Source: the human T2T-CHM13v2.0 reference genome, Homo sapiens
Direction: 5' to 3' (one strand)
DNA length: 64,000 bases
NCBI RefSeq assembly: GCF_009914755.1
Contig: NC_060926.1
In this document: piece by piece, positions 11,820-24,483 of the stretch
How the letters are laid out: each line of letters begins with the position of its first letter
Position numbering within the stretch: position 1 is the first letter of the stretch
Notes under the pieces: generated by a model
Seen by the model: only the letters and a program-made list of their open reading frames with translations
What the model was told of the DNA's origin: nothing
The model's database searches: none
Made by a program: the position numbers and the translations under genes

Positions 11820-14800
11820 TTCCACTGACGCCTCTGAGGCCCTGGCATTGCCTGGTGTAGTTGATGCCATAACAGTTCAGGATATTCCTGGTAACAATTG
11901 CAATGAAGAAGAAAGACTATATGCACAAGAGCTGAATAAAAAAGCAAAACCCAATGGTATGCTGTCTTCAAGAACCCCATCTCACACATAACGATACTCA
12001 GGCTCAAAATAAAGGGATGGAGGAAAATCTACCAAGCAAATGGAAAACAGAAAAAAGCAGGGATTGCAATACTAAGTTCAGACAAAACAGATTTCAGACA
12101 AATAAAGATTAAAAACGATAAAGAAGGGAATAACATAATGGTAAATGGTTCAATTCAACAAGAAGACCTAACTATCCTAAATATATGTGCACCTAACACA
12201 GGAGCACCCAGCACCCAGATTCATAAAGCAAGTTCTTGGAGACCTACAAAGAGACATAGACTCCCACACAATAATAGTAGGAGACTTCAACACTCCACTG
12301 ACAGTATTAGACAGATCACTGAAGCAGAAAATTAACAAAGATATTCAGGAGCTGAACTCAACATTGGACCAAATGGATCTGATAGACCTTTCAGAATTCT
12401 CCACCCCAAAACAACAGATTATACATTCTTCTCATTGCCACATGGCACATACTCTAAAATCAACCACATAATTGTACATAAAACAATCCTCAACAAATGT
12501 TAAAAAGCCAAAATCAACCAAAAACACTCTTGGACCACAGCACAATAAAAGTAGAAATGAAGACTACGAAAATCACTCAAAACCGTGCAATTACATGGAA
12601 ATTCAACAGTATACTCCTGAATGACTTTTGGGTAAATAGTGAAATTAAGGCAGAAATCAAAAAGTTCTTTGAAAATAATGAGAACAAACATACAGCATAC
12701 CAGAAATCTCTGGGACACAGATCAGGCAGTGAAGAGGGAGATTCATAGCACTAAATGTCCACATCAAAAAGTTAGAAAGACCTCAAATTAACAACTTAAC
12801 ATCACGACTGAAAGAATTAGAGACGCAAGAACAAATCAGAAAAAGCCCAAAGCTAGCGGAAGACAAAAAATCACCAAAATCAGAGCTGAACTGAAGGAAA
12901 TCAAGACACAGAAAAAAAAAATTCAAAAGATCAACAAATCCAGGAGTTGGCTTTTTGAAAAAATTAATAAGATAGACCACTAGCTAGACTAACAAAGAAA
13001 AAAGATAAAATATTAAAATAAACACAATTAGAAAAGATGGAGGGAATATTATCACCGACCCCACAGAAATAAAAACAACCATCAGAAACTACTATGAACA
13101 CCTCTATGCACATGAACTGGAAAATCTAGAAGAGATGGATAAGTTCCAGAACACATACACCCTCCCAAGACTGAACCAGGAAGAAATTGATTCCCTGAAC
13201 AGACCAATAATGAGCTCCAACATTGAATCAAAAATAAATAGCCTATCAACCAGAAAAAGCCCAAGACCTTATAGATTCACAGCTTAATTCTACCATATGT
13301 ACAAAGAAGAGCTGGTATCATTCTTACAGAAACTATTCCAAAAAATTGAAGGCGAGGGACTCCTCCCCATCTCATTCTATGAGGCCAGCATTATCTTAAT
13401 ACCAAAACCTGATGGAGACATAACAAAAAAAGAAAAGCCAATATCCCTGATGAACATTGAGGCAAAAATCCTTGCAAAATACTTGCAAACAAACAAAATA
13501 CTTGCAAACTGAATCCAGCAGCACACCAAAAAGCTAATCCACCATGATCAAGTAGGGTTCATCCCTGGTATGCAAGGTAGGTTCAACATATGCAAATCAA
13601 TAAATGTAATTCATCACAGAAACAGAACTAAAGACAAAAACCAAATGATTATCTCAACAGATTCAGAAAAGGCTTTTGATAAAATTCAACACCACTTCAT
13701 GTTAAAAACTCTCTCAGTAAACTAAGTATTGAAGGAATATACCTCAAAATAATAGGAGCCATCTGTGACAAACCCACAGCCGACATTATACTAAATGGGC
13801 AAAAGCTGGAAGCATTCCCCCTTGAAAACTGGCACAAAACAAGGATGCTCTCTCTCACCACTTCTATTCAACATAGTATTGGAAGTCCTAGCCAGAGCAA
13901 TCAGGCAAGAGAAAGAAATAAAGGGCATCCAAATAGGAAGAGAAGAAGTTAAACTATCTCTGTTTGCAGATGACATAATTGTATATCTAGAAAACCCCAT
14001 AGTCATGGCCCAAAAGTTCCTTCAGCTGATAAACACCTTCAGCAAAGTTTCAGGATATAAAATCAATGTACAAAAACCACCAGCATTCCTATAAACCAAA
14101 AACAGGCAGACCAAGAGCCAGAAAGGCAATCCCATTTAAGATTGCCAGAAAAAAGAATAAAATACCTAACAGCTAACCAGGGAGGTGAAAGATCTTTACA
14201 ATGAGAATTACAAAAAGAAATTAAGACACAAACAAATAGAAAAACTTCTCATGCTCATGGATAGGGAGAATCAATATCATTAAAATGGCTATACTGCCCA
14301 AAGCAATTTACAGATTCAATGCTATTCCTATCAAACTACCAATGACATTCTTCACAGAATTAGGAAAAAAACTATTTTAAAATTCATATAGAATCAAAAA
14401 AGAGCCTGAATAGCCAAGGCAATCCTAAGCCAAAAGAACAAAGCTGGACACATCACATTACCCAGCTTCAAGCTGTATTACAGGGCTACAGTAACCAAAA
14501 CAGCATGGTACTGGTACAAAAACAGGCACATAGACCAATGGAACAGAAAAGAGAGCCCAGAAATAGGCCACACGTCTATGATCACCTGATCCTCAACAAA
14601 AACTGGAAAAAAAAAGAAATGAGGACAAGACTCCCTTCAATAAATAGTGCTGGGATAACTGGCTAGTCATATGCAGAAGATTTAAACTGGACCCCTTCCT
14701 CACACCATACACAAAAATCAATTCAAGATGGATTAAAGACTTAAATATAAAACCCAAAACTATAAAAAGGCAGCCTGGAAGACAACCTAGGCGCTACCAT

Positions 14801-15927
14801 CCCAGACATAGGAACAGGCAAAGATTTCATGACAAAAACACCAAAAGCAATCATAACAAAAGCAAAAATTGACAAGTGGTATCTAATTAAACTTAAGAGC
14901 TTCTGCACAGCAAAAGAAACTATCAACAGAGTAAACAGACAACCTACAAAATGGGAGAAGATATAGGCAAACTATGCAACTGACAAAGGTCTAATATCCA
15001 GCATCTGTAAGGAACTTAAACAAATTTACAAGAGAAAAATAAACAACCTCATTTAAAAAAATGGGCAAATGACATACACAGATACTTTTCAAAAGAAGAC
15101 ATACATGTGGCCAACAAGCATATGAAAAAAGCTCAATATCATTGATGATTAGAGAAATGCAAATTAAAACCACAATGAGATACCAACTCATACCAGTCAG
15201 AATGGCTACTATTAAAAAGTAAAAAAATAACAGATGCTGGCAAGGTTGCAGAGAAAAGGGAACACCTATACACTGTTGGTGGGAGTGTAAATTAGTTCAA
15301 CCATTGTGGAAGGCAGTATGGCGACTCCTCAAAGAGCTAAAAGCAGAACTACCATTCAACCCAGCAATTCCATTGCTGGGCTTATACCCAGAGGGATATA
15401 AATCATTCTACCATAAAGACACATGCATGCGATTGTTCACTGCAGCACTATCCACAACAGCAAAGACATGAAATCAACCTAAATGCCCATCAATGATAGA
15501 TTACATAAATAAAAGGTAGTACATATACACCATGTAATACTAAGCAAGCCTTAAAAAAAATGAGATCGTGTCTTTTGTGAGAACACAGATGGAGCTGGAG
15601 GCCATTATCCTTAGCAAGCTAACACAGGAACAGAAAACCAAATACCGCATGTTCTCACTTATAAGTGGGAGCTAAATGATAAGAGCTTATGAATACAACG
15701 AAGGAAAGAACAAACACTGGGGTCTACTTGAGGGTTGTGGGTGGGAGGAGGGAGAGGAGCAGAAAAGATAACTATCGGGTACTAGGTTTAATACCTGAGT
15801 GATGAAATAATCTGTATGACAAACTCCCATGACACATGTTTACCTATGTAACAAACCTTCACTTGTACCCTCAAACCTAAAATAAAAGGTTTTTTAAAAA
15901 AGAAAAAGATTATACGCACAGGGTGAA
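11820..15927 (+). pseudogene. AOX3P: AOX3-like exon 18 remnant, split by an L1 insertion (11820-11929 plus 15923-15927)
   Basis: STDASEALALPGVVDAITVQDIPGNNCNEEERLYAQ, then the L1; after the L1 tail the duplicated RLYAQ-GE|GT resumes. Acceptor AG lost. Confidence 0.85.
11930..15904 (+). mobile_element. 5'-truncated old primate LINE-1 (L1PA13-16-like), degenerate ORF2 plus 3' UTR
   Basis: ORF fragments match L1 ORF2 (IIVGDFNTPL; [32 protein letters not shown]; LFADD); 3' UTR gggagaggagcagaaaagataacta..., AATAAA and A tail; imperfect TSD at 11912-11929 / 15905-15922. Subfamily from recall. Confidence 0.9.
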
Positions 15928-16355
15928 GTATTATGATAATAGCACCTAAAATTCTTATATCATATTAATAATAATGGTAGCTGCTATTCCCTGGTACTAT
16001 TTTCCAGGTGCCTTTATACACATCACCATATGCAGTCCTTCTAATGACCTTAGATTATTTACTTGCAATAAGCCTTATTTCAGAACAAATTTAAGGGAAC
16101 TAAGAACCCCGTTAAGTTGGCACAGTTATCTCAATTTTATGATGAAGACATTGAGGCTTATATAGTTTTAATCAATTGCCTGAGGCCACATAGCCTGCAG
16201 TGGCAGAGCCATATTCAAACCCAGCCCCACGCTCTAGGCTATAGGTCAACTGTACACACATCATCCCAACGCGTGTTCCAACTGGGTTGACAAGGGCCTC
16301 ACTGGTGCACATTTTTGTTCCCTTCTGGCAGTTAATTGGTCTGTGTTTTCTGCAG

Positions 16356-16478
16356 GTGATTTGTGTGGGTCAGATTTTCTGCACTGTGGCTGCTGACAAA
16401 CATGATCATGCCAAGCAGGCCACAAAAGTGGTGAAGATTGTGTACCAAGACGTGGAGCCTATAATTGTGAACATTCAG
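16356..16478 (+). pseudogene. AOX3P: AOX3-like exon 19 remnant
   Basis: cag|VICVGQIFCTVAADKHDHAKQATKVVKIVYQDVEPIIVNIQ|gt, 123 bp, open frame. Confidence 0.92.
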
Positions 16479-17477
16479 GTAATGTCAACATCTGCTCAGT
16501 CTTTTGGTCATTTGGCAGTGAGTCTTGCTGCTGCAGGCTGTACATCACCACAGCTTCCCTCCGGCCCACCTGCTTCCCCTCCAGCCCCTCTTCTTATCTT
16601 CAGGTCATGTGGACTTCTGATCCTGCCTGTCCAACTCGGGATCACTTTTATTTTTTCCCTCTGGATGGTGCATAGCTCCCTCTGACTTTATTTTCTGCCG
16701 ACTCATTTATATAAGGTGCTAATGCTAATATCTAAGAGGGAGGAGTCTTGGGTGACCCTCTGTGGCACTCTAGGGACTGCTGAGCAGAGGATAATGAGGA
16801 TCTCAGTGTGACCATCTTAATTACATTTTGTAATGCAATCTGTCATTAATAAATTTTGGAAAGCGATACCAATTTATTTCTCCAGCTGGGGCTTTGAAGG
16901 CATTTATAGAATTTTCTCTAGTCTGTACCCCCAAATAGATAAAGAAATATATTTTTTTCTGGAAATTGGTGGAAATGACAAGAAATTTATTTTTTGGTGA
17001 ATGAAGCTTTTGCTTTTTATGTGTGATCTGTGTAACCTTCTGAGGATCTTCTGGCCATTTGTATAAATGAAAAATCTGGCCACTAAAGGTAATAATGAAG
17101 GAATCACAGAAATGACAAACTCCAGAGGGTTTTAAATTCCCAAATTACTCAGAGAAAATCCAACGAATAGCTGTGGATGACCACTCAGAAACTGAGGGTT
17201 AGGCACAAAAATAACCACAAATAATGCTCTATCTTGACTTCTAAAACAGAGTGATGGCAAAGGAGCTCCTTAAACATACAGATTGCTTCCTAGCTGCCTG
17301 GTTTATTATGAAAAAGTAAGAAATCCATGGCTTCCTGCTCTTTCCTGGGTGGTTCTACTCTTTGTCTCTTACTTGTGTAGTCAAGGGGATCACAGTTGTC
17401 CCTGAAACATCCCACAAACCTGAACTTGAGATCTCAAATCACTTAAAGCTGTGATCCTGGTTTTGTTTTCTCCCCAG

Positions 17478-17565
17478 ATCTGGCTGCCCAATCCATTTTA
17501 TTCTAGAACATGGGGACAACATGTTGATAACTGGAGGATGGCACCCACTACCTGGGACATATAAG
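17478..17565 (+). pseudogene. AOX3P: AOX3-like exon 23 remnant
   Basis: cag|SGCPIHFILEHGDNMLITGGWHPLPGTYK|gtgag, 88 bp; paralogue at 52334-52421. Confidence 0.9.
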
Positions 17566-19224
17566 GTGAGCAAATAGGAAAGCCGCTACATGCAGCACAA
17601 ATTCAGTGATTCGCTAACTTGCCGTTTCAAATATCTGCGGGGTCCTATGCTCACCCACATGTGATTGCTGTACTTTTTTATTAAGTTTTAGCACTGCACT
17701 TTGTGACTGTCAAATCACTGCCCATAGAAGATATGGGAACATTTATGTAGAGGTTGAAAGGCCGAAAGCAAGACAGAAGTGTGGGCAGAGGCCTCAGCAT
17801 TTGAAGATCTCCCCATTTCTGGGGGCATCCAGAATACAAACATGTTAAAGATTTGGAGTGATGCTTGTTCAAACTTGATTCATCCTATATAGTCTCAATC
17901 TAGCTATAGAAAGCTCCCACTTCGCTGAAGAAGATTTTCTGAAAGCTTCAGCCCTGTGGAATATAACCTGGAATCTAGAAGGGAGCAGAACATACTGCTT
18001 AGAACCTAAAATAAGGATCACAAAGCTCCAGCACTAAACCCCAGGGGTTTCAGTTCATAAGAGACCTTTTGTTCTCATACAGAGCTTTATCAACTCTAAC
18101 TCACAAGCATGGACAATTTCTCACTCCACTGTTTGATTAGAATCAAATCCCTGCTCAGATATCATCTTCTCTAGGAGACCTCCCCAACACAGCCCTGGCT
18201 TCTTATAGAATTGAGTTTGTTCCGTCAGCACCACAATTACAGAGTACTTCCCAAGTGCCAGGTGCTATCCATCTCTGCCTCCCGGGTGCCTGGTGCAGCC
18301 TTCTAGCCTTGAACATCTCATTCTGCTCTGCCAGATGACTGGTGTCTTATGTGGGAAGGTTCCTTTCTTTGCATTTCTATTTTCCTAGATCTTGCACATA
18401 AAAGGTGCTCAATAAATACATGCTGAAATGAAGTGTGCAACAACCAACACACTCTAAAGGAGTCAGAGGGTCCAGCAGGAAGAGGGTCACATAAGCCTGC
18501 TTTCCTTGGAGTGGTCTTTCATTCAACAGATAAAACATCTGTGCTGGGACCTTTAACAGAATCTACCAGAGAGTATCAATTGAGCCAGCCAGAGCAGTGA
18601 GGGGATTGAGAACCATGTCATTAAAACTCAGAGTGCTTGGTCTGAAGAAGAAAAGAGCTCATGTGCAGTGTGGGCCAGTCTCACCTGACAGAGAGGAAGG
18701 ACTGCATACGTGGATGCCTAAAACATGCAAGACACAGTGACTGGTTAACTCAGGATGGAATCCCCCACCCCTCCCATCTCACTCCTGTCCCCTCCCTGCA
18801 TGTCTAGGCTGGGGGTCTCTATGTTGGATTTCACTCCCTCCCCCTCACCCTTTGACAGCTCCTGCTGCCACACCAGAGCCCCCTGACACCAAGCCCTGGC
18901 GGCAGCCCCATCTTCACCTTTCTGATGCTTGATTAGGCAGCCCAGACCCCCACTCCTGCCCAGAATGCTGCCCCTCCTCAAATTTCTGAAAAGCTGTGGA
19001 AAGAGGGAGTAGAGCCATTCACTGCTCTGATGGGAGGCACAGCTAGAAAAGAAGATACAATAGGAAGGTGGGATTCCACATTGTGTGGGAGCTGGCCAAC
19101 ACTGGAACGCCTGGCTTCCAGATGCCGTTCCTGCCAACAGGAAGGGATGCCCTAGGCAGCTTTCAAATTGTTTTACCATGGCCCATAAAATGCACCTTAT
19201 GATGGGACCCAGCACATGTGCATG

Positions 19225-19345
19225 AACATACATACACACACACACACACACAGAGAGATAGAGAGAGACAAGAGAGAGAAGGGGAGAGAGGGAGAGAGAG
19301 AGAGATAGACACAGAGAGAGAGAGAGAGGGAGAGAGGGGGAGAAA
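19225..19345. repeat. (CA)n followed by (GA)n compound microsatellite
   Basis: Seen directly. Confidence 0.95.
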
Positions 19346-20438
19346 GGAACGAAATTACACAGGATGACACTTATTTGGCTACATGTCATGCACTGACACT
19401 TTCTCTGCACTGCTTTCCTCTCCCTTCCTTTCCTCCTCCCTTCTCTTCTATTTATTCTTTTAAATATGCTGGTCCTAAATGAATTTTCACACCTTACTAG
19501 TGAATCACAAAGGAATGGTTTGAAAAGCACTGAGCAAGATGGTATTTCTATAGCGGTGGCCACAGAACACCGGCATCAGAGCCTTGGAGATGCTTGGTTA
19601 AAATGCAGACTCCTGAGCCTCACCCAGACCTCCTGAAGCTGAAAAACTGGAAACATATATATGTATTTTTTTTTGAGTGGGGAGAAATCTACAGACAACA
19701 ACAATAAATCACGAGCAGAAATGTTGATGTCTTCTCTGTAATTCCACTGTGGTTTTGTAGGAAGGACCAAGCAATCTGAGCTTATTTTTCTAGAAGTTGT
19801 AGAGCAATTTCAAGGAAATTACAGAGGAAGACCCAATACCCACAGAAATTGTTTCACCTTCTCATTCATGTAACAATGCATTCACCCATCCATCATCCAT
19901 CCACCCATCCATCCATCATTCCATCCATCCATCTATCCATCATTCCATCCAAACATTATGCTAGGAGGAATAAAAAGAGGAATAAAGAAATGGCTAAGAC
20001 AGGTGTAGTTTACAGCCTGCAGTGAGGAACCCTAAAGGGAAATCAACAATTTCAACATAGTGCAACTGTACTGAGTTAAGAATCAGGAGTGGATGGTGCA
20101 GTGTAGGTATTGGAGGTCAGGGAAGCCATCCAGAAGTAATGCTTAAGGATCACACAGAAGCATGATAAGAGATGTTAAATGGGATTGTGACTTAAGACAG
20201 TCCTCAAAATGATCTGTACATTAGAACTGTGGTGTTTTAAATATCAGTTTTCCTTGTGGACTTTCTTTGTTATCAGTAATTCTTCATCAACCAATAGCAC
20301 CATAGCTGCTAGAGAAAAAGAAATGAAATTGCTAAACCAGCAGCAAAACCTCTGGAATTACTAAGTTATTTTCTAAAAATTGGTATCAATAGATCTTGGT
20401 AAATTTTTTTCAGCCTTACAAGCATTTCTGAAAATTAC

Positions 20439-20663
20439 CTGATGATAAAACATCTTTGGATATCCAACTGAGATTTTCTTGGGTATAATGACAGTTCCTC
20501 TTTCCTTCCAATAATTCCACGGGTTAAATTGTTCTACAGTTTTTTTCCTGCTGTAGTATGAAGAGTTTTTCATACATTTCTCCAGCATCTTATCAGTTCC
20601 TTTGGATCAAATTCTTGCTTGTGAATTGTCTTATCAAGCATTTTGCACATGTTTATCTCTAAC
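20439..20663 (-). pseudogene. AOX3P: AOX3-like exon 26 remnant in inverted orientation
   Basis: Minus strand: cag|VR..NMCKMLDKTIHKQEFDPKELIRCW..KCMKNSSYYSRKKTVEQFNPWNYWKERGTVIIPKKISVGYPKMFYHQ|gtaatt; 225 bp versus the canonical 228 (two small deletions). Confidence 0.9.
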
Positions 20664-21937
20664 CTGGTGGACGAAAATGCCAAACTTCACAAGATCCACA
20701 GTGAGTCCATAGTAGACACTAGCTGTGGAATATTGTAGAATCATCAGGAAAGAACACTTTGAGAATAAATTAAGCATTTAAGAGACAATGCAATTTTCAG
20801 AATTGAAAGACTGTTCTTTTATTTATTTAAAGCCTTTTTTTTTGATGACCAGTTACTTTTAGGATGGGACAGGGCAGACCAGTGGGCAGGGGTACTTTCA
20901 TTCTCCATCGTGTACCTTTCTAAAATGTTTGATTTTTTTTAAGTATACACCATGTTCATTTTTCCCCCTATGAAATCTTTGAGGCCAGATATAATTTGGG
21001 ATTCTAAATGTTTCTGATTTTAGAAGATCATACGACCTCTATACTATTTATTAAAGTCCTCAGCAGAGTCTGGGGCAACATGCCACATTCAAGCATAGTA
21101 ATATTTCTGCAGTGAAGTGTATGATTACTTAAACCAAGTAAGATTTTTTAAAGACTATGAATCTCTCATTGGATGAGATCAGGAGAAGTTTCTCCACCAA
21201 ATAGGTGCTCAGGGTTTTTGAAATTCAGAATTGCAGGTGACAGACTGGGGCCTTATATTAGCACTATTCAACTTTTCTTATAATAACCAAGGGTGTGAGA
21301 GCAATGAGATTATGGACAAATGAGATTTTGTTTTTTATATTTTGCTGTATTTTATTCGATAATTCTTTGCAAGATTTTTACTCCCCAGAAGCAATTGAGA
21401 ATAATATGTTCAGAGGAACAAGGAGAAAGAATTCACGAGGACAGAGTGTTCCTCCCCAAATGACAACTAAGGGCAAAGCGGGTCCGCTCCAACGAAAACA
21501 AGCTCCAAATTCTACTAGTTGTTAACAATTTAGGCCAATTTGCTACTGCTTTGCAGAGTTGGAACTGCAGAGAGAGGCACTGTCCTTATTGAATTCAACC
21601 TTACACTAGGAGAGACTCAGAAAGGAGGACAATGCCAGCGGGCCTTCAAAGTCTAACCAGTTAATGCCACTGAAAATGGCGAGAGGCCGCTGCAACAGCT
21701 GATGACCACATTTCAACAGTAAGGGACTCGTTTAGGCTTTTCTTTGTTTCACAGATTTCATGGCACAGCACCTTAGCTATTCTCAGGTGGCACACACCTT
21801 TGGATGAAACCATTGGTCCTGTACCAGTGAAACTGTAGCTTTATTTTGTGGCTTTTGCTACTTCATTTGTGACTGCCTTACTGTCAAAAATTCACATACA
21901 GATGGCAGAAAGAACAGATTTCTAATTTTATTTCCAG

Positions 21938-22033
21938 GCTGCTGCTCTAGTTCATATCTACACAGATGGGTCTGTATTAGTTGGTCATGGCAGAGCTGAA
22001 TTGGGACAAGGTATTAACACCAAAATGACACAG
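21938..22033 (+). pseudogene. AOX3P: AOX3-like exon 27 remnant
   Basis: cag|[32 protein letters not shown]|gt, 96 bp; Moco-domain ELGQG motif. Confidence 0.92.
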
Positions 22034-22850
22034 GTGAAAGAGGTTGTTTCAGTTTTGCCATCAGCCAGAATTGGACTTTATAAAATACTCCCAGACTGCA
22101 CACACCTCCCAGACATTGCATCACACCTTTGGGCTTTGTGATGCAATGACTAGAATTACCCACAGCGTCCCTAGGAGCTCATTCTGAATTATCTGGAAAT
22201 AAGCCAGCTGGAACTTGGGAAGAGGGCTTCACCTCCCTTCTCTAGTGGGAGGGGCTTCACCAAAACTCAGCTTCCCAGGGAACCAGTGACTCCTCACCCT
22301 TGACTGGAGCAGCTGTAACTTTTCATGGGCTCCACAGTTCAGTGAGGGGTGGCAGCATTCCCAGACAACTCCTGTGTATTAATTATACATATATTTGAGT
22401 GCCAATTGCACCCCAAATCCAGACTTCCTGGTGCCAGACAACTTGTTCATTCCCCAATCAAGTCCACTTTCTCATGCTTACTCTATGAAAAGGGCACCCA
22501 TGATAGGGTCGGGGTCCCCCCTCTAGAATGCAGACCCACACTGGGACCCAAGACCTCCTTACTTGAGAACAGAGATCTCCCCAGGCTGCCCTCTTGGAAG
22601 AACAGAGGGCAGAAGCCTTACTGAGCCAAATGTCCTGGTATCTGGAGAAGGGCAAGCGCAACATCTCATTTTGAGAGGGGACAAGTGGAGATATCCCTGG
22701 TTTGGTCAGCTGAACTTGAAGACCAAAGCCAAGAGTAACTCATTCAATGCTGGTTACTCAGTGACCCAGGTTCCAAGCAAGTCTCTCACAAAGCTTTAAT
22801 GAGTACCTGCCCCTAGAGTAAAGTAATGAAGACAATACCGAGTGCTGTAT

Positions 22851-23728
22851 GGGTCATGCCTCACTTAACAACAGGGATATGATCTGAGAAATACATCTTT
22901 AGGCGATTTTGCCATTGTAGGGACATCATAGAGTACATTTTCATAAATCTAGATGGTATGGCCTACCACACACTTAGGCTATACGGTCTAGCCTATTGTT
23001 CCTAGGCTCTAAACCTGTGCAGCATATTACTACACTGAATGCTGTAGGCAATGATAACATAACGGTAAGTATTTATGTACCCAAATATATCTAAACATAG
23101 AAAAGGTACAGTAAAAACCTGGTATAAAAGATAAAAAATGGTACACCTGTATAAGACTAAAAGTTGCTCTGGCTGGGTCAGTAAGTAGTGAGTGGATGTG
23201 AAGACCTAGTACACTAGTCTAGACTTTATAAACACTGCACACTTAGGCTACACTACATTTATTTTAAAAATATTTAGGTCTGGTGTGGTGGCTTACACCT
23301 GTAATCCCAGCACTCTGGGAGGCTGATGCAGGCTGATCACTTGAGTCCAGGAGTTCAAGACCAGTTTCAGCAACAAGGGGAAACCCTGTCTCTACAGAAG
23401 AAAATATGAAAATTAGCCAGGCATGGTGGCATACACCTGTAGTTCCAGCTGCTTGGGAGGCTGAGTTAGGAGGATCACCTGAGCCTGGGAGGTGGAGGTT
23501 TCAGTGAGCCAAGATCATGCCACTGACCTCTAGCTTGGGCAACAGAGCCAGACCTTGTCTCGAAAAAATAAAGTTAAATTAAAAAATAAAGTAATTATGC
23601 CACAACACTATGACAGCTATGATGTCACTAGGCAATAGGAATTTTTCAGCTCCATTATAATCTTTTGGGACCACTGTCATATATGTGGTCCACTGTTGAC
23701 TAAAACATCATTATGCCACACATGAATG
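22851..23728. mobile_element. Tigger3/Golem-like DNA transposon fossil with a nested Alu (~23277-23590)
   Basis: Termini gtcatgcctcacttaacaac.. and ..cattatgccacacatgaatg resemble Tigger3 TIRs; internal ctaggcta repeats. Confidence 0.7.
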
Positions 23729-24408
23729 TATTTAAAACAACCCTTCAAAGTAGGTATTACTGCCCATATAATTCAAACAAAAATACTTTGGAGAGCAAAG
23801 GGAGCCATTGGCATTAATACAAAGACAACCAGTGTAAACAGGGATTGTCCTGGGCAAAGCAGGCTATGTGGTCACCTGGTTCTGGTATCTCCAGGTCACA
23901 GACAAGATCCCCACGGCATGGAGAGTATAAGTCATCCACATACTGAGAAGAAGCAGAGCTATTCAATCACAGGGATGTCTGACTCTAAAACTCACATATC
24001 TCTACACACCACGCTGCCTTTCTCTGTGCCTGTGTTCTTGTGTTCACTGCCTGGACAGGGGTTTTCATAGCCTTGCTAAGTATGCAGCAAATCCTAAGTG
24101 GAACCTCAACACGTAAAACACATAGAAACAGAGCCATTTTGGTTGAACTGGGCAAATGGATCTTGCATTCTATCTGTCCTCCCTCTAGCCTCCACTTTTA
24201 CCTCCTGGGTGAAAAAGCCCCACCTTGGCACTGGTTCCACAGGGAAAACCAGAGTCAGCCCCTTGTCCAGAGGTGGAGACAAGCCACATGGAAGGTATCT
24301 GCAGGATGCAGGAAGGATGGTGATTGTTGCAGGGTGAGAAACACAGTTGAGTTTGAAATGTTTCCCCATTTAATTATCTGCCAGTCTTCTGTCCTTTTCC
24401 ACCTGCAG

Positions 24409-24483
24409 AATACCTGCCGGACCCTCGTGGAATGCCTTGAACCTATTATCAGATGGAGTACTAGTGGCACCTGGGAGAAGTGG
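24409..24483 (+). pseudogene. AOX3P: AOX3-like exon 29 remnant
   Basis: cag|NTCRTLVECLEPIIRWSTSGTWEKW|gtgagt, 75 bp. Confidence 0.85.

Noticed and set aside
11930-15904. Reverse transcriptase/endonuclease ORF fragments as a possible active retroelement or novel RT system
   Set aside because: Ordinary 5'-truncated L1 ORF2 broken by many stops and frameshifts; no ORF1 or promoter.
18745-19563. Longest ORF in the track (272 aa, minus strand)
   Set aside because: It runs through the (CA)n/(GA)n microsatellite, giving low-complexity SL/CV runs, and has no recognisable domain or exon structure.
19885-19950. (TCCA)n tract as a homologue of the (GGAT)n tract at ~52140-52310 or as an inversion marker
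   Set aside because: Both look like common L2-tail-derived simple repeats and lie in non-equivalent introns.
21775-21805. Minus-strand ccacctgagaa (PPE), possibly the end of an inverted exon 25
   Set aside because: Only ~11 nt match, with no upstream AFRGFG similarity and no donor GT.
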